From: Chloroflexota bacterium
Lineage (GTDB): Bacteria > Chloroflexota > UBA11872 > VXNJ01
Assembly (NCBI GenBank): GCA_965261345.1
Contig: OZ253449.1
Span: forward strand, 1,152,001-1,216,000
Direction of reading: 5' to 3'
Length of the DNA: 64,000 nt
Made by a program: the position numbers and the translations under genes
The notes under the pieces: model-generated
Seen by the model: only the letters and a program-made list of their open reading frames with translations
Databases searched by the model: none
What the model was told of the DNA's origin: nothing
Shown: one piece after another, positions 57,197 through 64,000 of the stretch
How positions within the stretch are numbered: position 1 is the stretch's first letter
Layout: the number at the start of each line of letters is the position of its first letter

Positions 57197-57289
57197 ACTG
57201 CGCCTTGTATTGGCTGGCCGAGATTATCCGACTGATAATCGGAAGCGCAATTTTCGCCGTTTTATCAAATAGCCGCATGCTAAATCGAC

Positions 57290-59047
57290 ATGAATGACCT
57301 TGAGAGGATGCGCCACTCCTGCGCGCATGTTATGGCCGCCGCGGTCCAGGAGATCTTTCCCGAGGCCAAATTTGGCTTCGGGCCGCCGATCGAGGACGGT
57401 TTCTACTACGACTTCGAGCTGCCGCGGCAGCTGAGCCCCGACGATTTCCCGCAAATCGAGCGGGCCATGGCCCGGCTGGCCAAACAGGCCCACCGGTTCG
57501 AGGACCAGGTGATCGAACCCGACGAGGCCCGGGCGTTGTTCGCAAATCAGGGCCAGGACTATAAGGTTGAGGCGATTTCCGATCTGGCCGAACGGGGTGA
57601 GGAGATCAGCATCTATCGCTGCGGCCAGTTCGTGGACCTGTGCCGCGGTCCGCACGTAGGTGACACCTCGGCGGTCGGACGATACAGCCTGCTCTCGGTA
57701 GCCGGCGCCTACTGGAAGGGTTCAGAGCAGAATCCCCAGCTGCAGCGACTCTACGCCACCAGTTTTCCCACCCAGGAGGGGCTCGATCAGCACCTGGCCC
57801 GGCTGAAGGCGGCCGAGTTGCGCGATCATCGCCGGCTGGCCCGCGAACTCGACCTCTTTTCAATCAATAGCGAGGTCGGCGCGGGACTGGTGCTCTGGCA
57901 TCCGCGCGGCGGGGTGCTGCGCGAGATCCTGGAAGACTTCTGGCGCGCCGAGCACCGCGCGGCCGGATACGATATCGTCTTTACCCCGCACATCGGCCGC
58001 AAGGAGCTGTGGGAAACCAGCGGACACACCCGCTGGTACTCGGACGGGCTGTTCCCGGAGATGGAGCTGGAGAACCACGCCTACATCAACAAGCCGATGA
58101 ACTGCCCGTTCCACGTCAAGATCTTCGCCGCCCGGACCCGCTCCTATCGCGATCTGCCGCTGCGCTTTGCCGAGCTGGGCACGGTCTACCGCTATGAGAA
58201 ATCGGGCGTGTTGCACGGCGCGCTGCGGGTGCGCGGCTTCACCCAGGACGATGCCCACATCTTCTGTCGGCGCGAGCAGTTCAGCGATGAGATCGCCGGC
58301 GCGCTCAAGATCGCGCGCGATCTCCTGGGGGCCTTCGGTTTTGACGATCTGGCGGTCTCGCTCAGCGTCCGCGACCCGGGCGATACATCCAAATACGTGG
58401 GCTCCGACGAGGCCTGGCAGCTGGCCGAGGCTGGCCTGGTCGAAGCCCTCACCCGCGCCCAACTGCCCTACCAGCGGATCCCCGGCGAGGCCGCTTTCTA
58501 CGGCCCCAAGATTGATATTCATATCCGTGATGCGATCGGACGGCGGTGGCAACTCTCGACCATCCAGGTGGACTTTAATCTCCCCGAGCGATTCGACATC
58601 GACTACGAGGCGGCTAGCGGCGAACGCGAACGGCCGGTGATGGTCCACCGCGCCCTGCTGGGTTCGATCGAGCGGTTCGCAGCCATCCTAATCGAGCACT
58701 ATGGCGGGGCGTTCCCGCTGTGGCTGGCGCCGGTGCAGGCCCAGCTGATTCCGATCGCCGACCGCCACAACGACTACTGCCAAAAGATCGCCGAGCGGCT
58801 GTCGGCGGCCGGCCTGCGGGCGACGGTTGATGCGCGCTCGGAGCGCATGAACCGCAAGGTCGCCAATGCCCAGAACCTAAAAATCCCCTACATGCTGATC
58901 GCCGGCGACCGCGACATCGCGGCCGACCGGGTCTCGCTGCGCCTGCGCGACGGGCGCCAACTCGGCACGGTCGACGTCGACGAGTTGATCGCGGTTATGC
59001 AGCGCCTGGTTCGCGAGCGGGCGGAAGGCTACGGCTTTAGCCCCTAG
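57290..59047 (+). CDS. thrS: Threonine--tRNA ligase
   Basis: RHSCAH, DLCRGPH, KPMNCP, RVRGFTQDDAH, FYGPK, HRALLGSIERF. Confidence 0.97.
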   Translation: MNDLERMRHSCAHVMAAAVQEIFPEAKFGFGPPIEDGFYYDFELPRQLSPDDFPQIERAMARLAKQAHRFEDQVIEPDEARALFANQGQDYKVEAISDLAERGEEISIYRCGQFVDLCRGPHVGDTSAVGRYSLLSVAGAYWKGSEQNPQLQRLYATSFPTQEGLDQHLARLKAAELRDHRRLARELDLFSINSEVGAGLVLWHPRGGVLREILEDFWRAEHRAAGYDIVFTPHIGRKELWETSGHTRWYSDGLFPEMELENHAYINKPMNCPFHVKIFAARTRSYRDLPLRFAELGTVYRYEKSGVLHGALRVRGFTQDDAHIFCRREQFSDEIAGALKIARDLLGAFGFDDLAVSLSVRDPGDTSKYVGSDEAWQLAEAGLVEALTRAQLPYQRIPGEAAFYGPKIDIHIRDAIGRRWQLSTIQVDFNLPERFDIDYEAASGERERPVMVHRALLGSIERFAAILIEHYGGAFPLWLAPVQAQLIPIADRHNDYCQKIAERLSAAGLRATVDARSERMNRKVANAQNLKIPYMLIAGDRDIAADRVSLRLRDGRQLGTVDVDELIAVMQRLVRERAEGYGFSP

Positions 59048-61119
59048 AAACCAGGCCGAAAAGCCCAAAACGCGCGTCGGGGCTCAAACAGATTAGCAAT
59101 GACCTCGAAGACCTCCCTGAGGCCGCCAAACCGATTTAGGACACTCTGGATCGATATTTCGTGGGAATTCTGGGCCCATGCAACGATCGCGCCGGCGGCA
59201 ACCGCATTTTTAAGACCCCGCGCCAAATCCCGATTCGCAGGTCCTTCCATTACCGGCGCAGAAGCTACTTCCCGGCCTTCGGCGACCCCGTTCCGATTGC
59301 CCTCCATCGCCATCTGCGCCGCCTCCCGGCCGTTTGCGGCGGCCGCGGTCAGCCCGGCTTCCCGGCCCGGGTCGGTTCCCGAGGGTTTCCTTTTCCACGA
59401 CTCCCCTTCGGCAAGCGTTAGGTTGGCCACCGTGGCCGCCATCAGCAGCTGGAACCCGGCAAGTTGCCTGCCAAAGAACCGCGACTGGCGCACGCCCAGC
59501 TGGCAGAGCCTGGCCAGGCGGTGCTCGACGCGGGTTCTAAGGCGCGCGATCTTTAAGCCTTCCTTACTGCGCTGGCGGATGCGGGCCTGCTGCAGCAGGC
59601 GTTCCTGGGGATGGACGCTGATGCGGCGGTTGGGTTTGGTCGCAGAGCGTATGCAGGATCTCTTGAGCGGACAGGCCGAGCACTGCTCTTTAGCGAAGTG
59701 GAAGAGGCCGGCGCGTGTCTTGGCGCTGCGCCGGGAGCGCGAGCGGCGGTAATCGGAAGTTATCTGCCCGGCCGGGCAGATGCAGGTTCCCTTTTCCAGA
59801 TCGATGGCAAAGTCCTGCTTTACAAAGTAGCGGCTGGCTGGTTTACCCGGCGCCCTGGCGAAGAGGTCGTACCCGGCGTCGGCGAAGTCCTTGCGGGTGT
59901 CGCCAGCCCCGTAGGCGCAGTCGCCGATGACGATCTCGACTTTGGCGGCGGCGTTCTCTTCGGCCTCCCGCACCAGCGCCAGGGCGCCGCAGTTGTCGGG
60001 GGCGTTGCCCGGGATCACGTCCACCGCGGTTACCAGGCCGGTTGACAAATCTACGGCGATGGCGGCCTTGTGGCCGGCAAAGCGGTTGGTCGAGCTCTTG
60101 CGTCCATGGCGCATCTGCGGATCGTGCGCCGATATGATCCGGTCGCGTCCGCCCCGGACGATCTCCACTTCCTCGCCATCTGCGCCGTCGGCCGAATCCC
60201 TGGCCGCGACACCCCTGTCTCTGACCGCCACCGGGGCGGGATCGACCTCGCCGGCGTCGGTTCCCGCCGGCAGCAGCAGCCGATCGCGGTCGTCGGGAAC
60301 CGGTTTTGCCGGTTCCGCGGGGACGCGTTTTACGTCCTGGAGCAGGATCTGCGACAGCAGCTGCGAGCAGGCCAGGATCTTATCGGCGCGCTTATTGTCG
60401 GGAGCAGGGGATTCAAGCGCGCTGCGGGCCCTTGCCAGCAGCGAGTCGGCGTCTCTGACGATCCGCCCCAGGAACCGGCGGCGCTGTTTACGGTCCGACC
60501 AGTCGATGGCGACAGCGCCCTTCAGGCTCTTGCCGGCATGCAGGTTGTAGCCGTGTTGGCGGGCCCACTCTTTGGGGTCTTGGCCATCCTGTTCGGCCAG
60601 GGCGCCGACCAGCAGGCGGCAGCCGTCCCCGATCAGGTTGTAGGCGTCCCGCACCGCGCCCCTGCCCAGGATGGCGGTGGTATCGATCGCCAGCTTCATG
60701 CTCTGGCCCTTGAAGAAGCCCTTTTTGCGGGCGTGCTGCAGGGAGCGGCGAAATATCCCCCGCGCCCTGCCGTGAACGATCAGCTGCGAGCGAAACAGCT
60801 GCAATGTGGACTTGGCGAACGCGCGTTCTTCCAGCTCGGTCCCCAGCGCCACCTTCCAGCGCAGGTCGTAGTCGGCCCGCTGCTTGGCCTCGTTGTCAGA
60901 GACCTTATCGTGGGCCTGCAGCAGGAGAACGGTGGCCAGCAGCGAGGGCGCCACGCTGGGGCGGCCGTTGTCGGCGCAGTAGAGATCGGCGAAATCTTCG
61001 TCTTTGAACAGCTCTCCCCGCATGCCCGCCAGGCGGCCGTAGAAGGTATCGCGTTCTACGTAGTCAAGGTGCAGGCCGTCGGTCGGGAAGAAGCCCTTTT
61101 GGGCATGGGTCCCCAGCAT
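59044..61119 (-). CDS. IS1182-family DDE transposase
   Basis: GRPSVAP..L..., DLRWKVALG, AIDTT, GDCAYG, CPAG, CxxCPL..C, R.RVE; ATG 61119. Confidence 0.9.
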   Translation of the reverse strand: MLGTHAQKGFFPTDGLHLDYVERDTFYGRLAGMRGELFKDEDFADLYCADNGRPSVAPSLLATVLLLQAHDKVSDNEAKQRADYDLRWKVALGTELEERAFAKSTLQLFRSQLIVHGRARGIFRRSLQHARKKGFFKGQSMKLAIDTTAILGRGAVRDAYNLIGDGCRLLVGALAEQDGQDPKEWARQHGYNLHAGKSLKGAVAIDWSDRKQRRRFLGRIVRDADSLLARARSALESPAPDNKRADKILACSQLLSQILLQDVKRVPAEPAKPVPDDRDRLLLPAGTDAGEVDPAPVAVRDRGVAARDSADGADGEEVEIVRGGRDRIISAHDPQMRHGRKSSTNRFAGHKAAIAVDLSTGLVTAVDVIPGNAPDNCGALALVREAEENAAAKVEIVIGDCAYGAGDTRKDFADAGYDLFARAPGKPASRYFVKQDFAIDLEKGTCICPAGQITSDYRRSRSRRSAKTRAGLFHFAKEQCSACPLKRSCIRSATKPNRRISVHPQERLLQQARIRQRSKEGLKIARLRTRVEHRLARLCQLGVRQSRFFGRQLAGFQLLMAATVANLTLAEGESWKRKPSGTDPGREAGLTAAAANGREAAQMAMEGNRNGVAEGREVASAPVMEGPANRDLARGLKNAVAAGAIVAWAQNSHEISIQSVLNRFGGLREVFEVIANLFEPRRAFWAFRPGF

Positions 61120-61240
61120 GTCTCCACCACCCGGCAATGCTATGTTTTTATCAATGGAAAGGCTCCGCAAGATGCCTGTTGATATTTTATATGTTTGATG
61201 ACGGATTAGCCCTTTGTACAGGGGCTTTTCGGCCGGGCTT
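59048..61240 (-). mobile_element. IS1182-family insertion sequence (about 2.19 kb)
   Basis: Terminal IRs AAACCAGGCCGAAAAGCCC / AAGCCCGGCCGAAAAGCCC (17/19 match) flanked by CTAG at 59044-59047 and 61241-61244. Confidence 0.9.
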
Positions 61241-61266
61241 CTAGGATCCCGTCTGCGGCGAGGCTG

Positions 61267-61962
61267 GTGGCAATCTTTGACCAGCTGCTTTCCTACCACG
61301 GGCCGCAGCGGTGGTGGCCCGAGAGCGGTCCCAACCGGGCCGATTACATCTGCCTGGGGGCGATTCTTTGCCAGAACACCGCCTGGCGCAACGCGGCGGC
61401 GGCGCTTGACCGGCTCGAACGCGCCGGGCTGACTGCGGTTGCCGACCTGGCGCAGATCGAATCGGAAGAGCTCGCCGAGCTGATTCGACCGGCCGGCTAC
61501 TTTCGCCAAAAGAGTCGGAAACTAAAGGAATTCGCCAGCCTGGCAGATGCCTACGGCGGGCTTTCTGGATTGCTCGAACTGGACACTGCCAACCTGCGCC
61601 GGGAGCTGCTGGGCTGCTGGGGGATCGGCCCCGAAACCGCCGATGCGATCCTGCTATTTGCCGCCCGGCGGGCGACCCTAGTCATTGACACCTATGCGGT
61701 ACGGACCTGGTCGCGGATCGGGCTGCTTGATGCAGGCGTTGATCGCGAGGCCCTCCGGACCGCCCTCATCGCGGCGCTCAACCCCGACGCCGAGTTCGCC
61801 GCCGAGTACCATGCCCTGCTCATCCAGCATGGCAAGAACCACTGTCGCGCCCGTCCGCTGTGCGGCGATTGCCCGCTGCGGGGCGAGTGCGCCTACGGTG
61901 CCCGCCACCCGGACCGGCCGGCGCTGGGACCGGCGCGCAACGCCTGGTCGGGCCGGGATTGA
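61267..61962 (+). CDS. Endonuclease III-like HhH-GPD DNA glycosylase
   Basis: GPQRWWP, GAILCQNT.W, GIGPETAD, VIDTY, C-x6-C-x2-C-x5-C. Confidence 0.9.
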   Translation: MAIFDQLLSYHGPQRWWPESGPNRADYICLGAILCQNTAWRNAAAALDRLERAGLTAVADLAQIESEELAELIRPAGYFRQKSRKLKEFASLADAYGGLSGLLELDTANLRRELLGCWGIGPETADAILLFAARRATLVIDTYAVRTWSRIGLLDAGVDREALRTALIAALNPDAEFAAEYHALLIQHGKNHCRARPLCGDCPLRGECAYGARHPDRPALGPARNAWSGRD

Positions 61963-62049
61963 AGCGGCGCGAATGCAAAATCTTGAATCAACTGGCAGGG
62001 GGTCGCCGGTGGCAGGTGATCCCATAGCAAACTACCAAGGGCCGAATAA

Positions 62050-62979
62050 ATGCAATATCGCCGCCTAGGCAAGACCGACTGGCAAGTTTCCGTGGTGAGC
62101 ATGGGGGCGTGGGCGCTGGGCAACCAGTGGGGCGAACTGTCCGATGCGGGCGCCACCGCCACCGTGCGCGCCGGATTGGACGCCGGGATCAATCTCTTTG
62201 ATACCGCCGACAACTACGGTCCGCTGCTGTCCGAGCAGCGATTGGGAAAGGCCCTCGGGGGTGATCGCGCCAACGTCCACATCGCCACCAAGGTCGGGCA
62301 TCTGCTCTACCGCCAGGGCCACCCGCAGGTCTATACCCACCCGCTGCACGTGGTCGCGGCCTGCCATGGCAGCCTGCACCGCCTGGGGACCGATTACATC
62401 GACATATTCCAGTGCCACGACCAGGACCCCCCGCACCCCGAGGTATATCTGGAGGGATTTGAAATCCTGCGCCAGCAGGGCAAGATCCGCCATTTTGGAA
62501 TTTCCTCGGGTAAGCCGCAGGTCATTGCCGCATTCGATCAGGACGGCGGCTGCGCGACCGCCCAGATCGACTATTCGGCGATCCGGCGGTCGGCCGAACG
62601 CGAGGCACTCCCGTTGTGTGCTGAGCGCGACATCGGAACCCTGATCCGCGGCGCGCTGGGCCAGGGAGTTCTAACCGGCAAATACACCGGCGAAAGCAAG
62701 TTCGACGACGACGTGCGCGGGCAATGGAATTCGGGTGAACGCCGCCGCCTCTTTCTCGCCGAGCTGGGCATCGCCGAGGAGATCGCCGAACTCGGCCGGC
62801 CGGACCGCACGATCATCGACCTGGCGCTGGCTTTCGTACTTGCCCAGGATGGGGTAACCTGCGCAATCGCCGGAGCCAAATCGGCGGACCAGACAATCGC
62901 CAATTCCAGTGCTGCATCGGTTGAGTTGACCGTGGGCGAGCTTGAGAAAATCCGTGCCCTCAGCGCAGCTATGGTATAG
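62050..62979 (+). CDS. Aldo/keto reductase
   Basis: MQYRRLGKT, FDTADNYG, IATK, LGTDYID, GKIR..G.S. Confidence 0.92.
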   Translation: MQYRRLGKTDWQVSVVSMGAWALGNQWGELSDAGATATVRAGLDAGINLFDTADNYGPLLSEQRLGKALGGDRANVHIATKVGHLLYRQGHPQVYTHPLHVVAACHGSLHRLGTDYIDIFQCHDQDPPHPEVYLEGFEILRQQGKIRHFGISSGKPQVIAAFDQDGGCATAQIDYSAIRRSAEREALPLCAERDIGTLIRGALGQGVLTGKYTGESKFDDDVRGQWNSGERRRLFLAELGIAEEIAELGRPDRTIIDLALAFVLAQDGVTCAIAGAKSADQTIANSSAASVELTVGELEKIRALSAAMV

Positions 62980-63046
62980 CGCCGGGCAGCTGCCCCGGGG
63001 TTCATTACTGCCGCCAGGGCGGCGGGCAACTGGCCCACCGGCTCAA

Positions 63047-63247
63047 CTATTGCGTCGGCGCAGAGCCCGGCGGGCGGGAGGCGGTCAGGTCGCCGGGCAG
63101 CCGCTGGGCATCGCGAAGGGTCGCGATCTGGCCGGCCGCCGCGCGCGCCGATTGCAACGCCAACTCATCGTCGCGGATCAGGGTTTGATCCCTGTCAAAC
63201 ACCAGCGCCGGGATCGATCCGTGCGCTATCGCCGCAGCGGCTGCCAT
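63047..63247 (-). pseudogene. Possible truncated HAD-hydrolase remnant
   Basis: ALVFDRDQTL resembles HAD motif I but the ORF ends after about 66 aa. Confidence 0.3.
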
Positions 63248-63828
63248 TGCAACCCGGGCGGCAATTCGGAGTTGATCCCAGTCCAGACGAGCAGCCGCTG
63301 GACCGTCGCCGCAACGATCTGGTCGAGCGAGTCCGGGCGATCGTAAAAAGCCGGCATCGGCGGGGCGATCACCGCCCCCAATCGGGCCAGGGCGAGCAGG
63401 TTCTGCAGGTGAATTGCCGAGAGCGGGCACTCGCGTGGGACCAGCACCAGGGTCCGCCTCTCCTTGATTGCCACGTCGCCCATCCGGTGGATCAGGTTCG
63501 AGCCGACTCCACTGGCAATCGCTCCCACCGTGGCCATCGAGGCCGGGGCGATGGCGTAGGCGTTAACCGGATAACTGCCCGAGGCCAATGGCGAGGCCAG
63601 ATCGGAGCTCTTGTGGACCTGCAACCGCCCCTGATCGGACAGCTTTTCGATATCGGCCTCGATCGGCCGGCCCAGCTCCTGGCTCCACATCAGCCGCCCA
63701 AAGCCCGAGCAGACGAACTCCAGCCGCCAGCCAGCCGCCAGCACCGCCTCGGCCAGTGCCAGCGCCAGCACTGCCCCCGAGGCTCCGGTTACCCCCAGGG
63801 CCAGGCGCCGATCGACGGCCGAAGACAT
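63226..63828 (-). CDS. ubiX: Flavin prenyltransferase
   Basis: GVTGASGA, ASGS, APASM, RMGDV.IKERR.LVLVPRE, PPMPAFY. Confidence 0.93.
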   Translation of the reverse strand: MSSAVDRRLALGVTGASGAVLALALAEAVLAAGWRLEFVCSGFGRLMWSQELGRPIEADIEKLSDQGRLQVHKSSDLASPLASGSYPVNAYAIAPASMATVGAIASGVGSNLIHRMGDVAIKERRTLVLVPRECPLSAIHLQNLLALARLGAVIAPPMPAFYDRPDSLDQIVAATVQRLLVWTGINSELPPGLQWQPLRR

Positions 63829-63830
63829 CG

Positions 63831-64000
63831 CTAGGCCGCCGCCAGCCCGAGGACTACGACCGCCAGCAGGATGATGGCCACGTACCCGTTCAGATCAAAG
63901 AATGCCTTGGGCAGGCGCGAGAGGTCGTTGGGCTTTACGATGGTTCCCTCGTAGGCGAGGATGAGCAGCACCACCACCACTCCGGCCCAGTAGGGCCAGC
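63831..64000 (-). CDS. UbiA-like polyprenyltransferase (MqnP type), 3' end only
   Basis: Hand translation ...LAYEGTIVKPNDLSRLPKAFFDLNGYVAII...*; directly upstream of ubiX. Confidence 0.75.
   Translation of the reverse strand, partial: WPYWAGVVVVLLILAYEGTIVKPNDLSRLPKAFFDLNGYVAIILLAVVVLGLAAA

Noticed and set aside
57197-57289. T-box leader for thrS
   Set aside because: 93-bp divergent spacer is too short and has no GGTGGNACC T-box sequence.
61120-61509. N-terminal extension of the 821-aa transposase ORF
   Set aside because: Crosses the IS end and is antisense to the glycosylase gene; the likely start is ATG 61119.

Overview
High-GC bacterial chromosome segment, most plausibly Chloroflexota (inferred from a long PBP1A, several LysM proteins, a GG-x-FGYP-type surface repeat, an atypical FtsH paralogue and futalosine-type ubiA/ubiX). 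It holds about 60 mostly housekeeping or metabolic CDSs (glmS, gdhA, tsaC, pyrF, ribB, moeA, folC, mgtE, galK, ltaE, hom, thrC, thrS, ubiX, two arylsulfatases, stand-alone nuoE/nuoF), five tRNAs and one complete IS1182-like element with CTAG target repeats. The most notable signals are: (1) a probable replication origin flanking an orphan dnaA, built from non-canonical boxes (NNRTYGACA rather than TTATCCACA) in the box/GC-spacer/DnaA-trio/AT-rich arrangement, with matching substitutions in the DnaA DNA-recognition helix; (2) a coupled pair of a degenerate zincin-like protein and a variant dCTP deaminase; (3) two genes that appear to need non-canonical (ATT/ATC) start codons, in a genome rich in TTG starts; (4) an IS whose transposase and host thrS both end in the same CTAG. 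No CRISPR array, rRNA or recognisable riboswitch was seen. All calls come from reading motifs by eye; no database searches were run.
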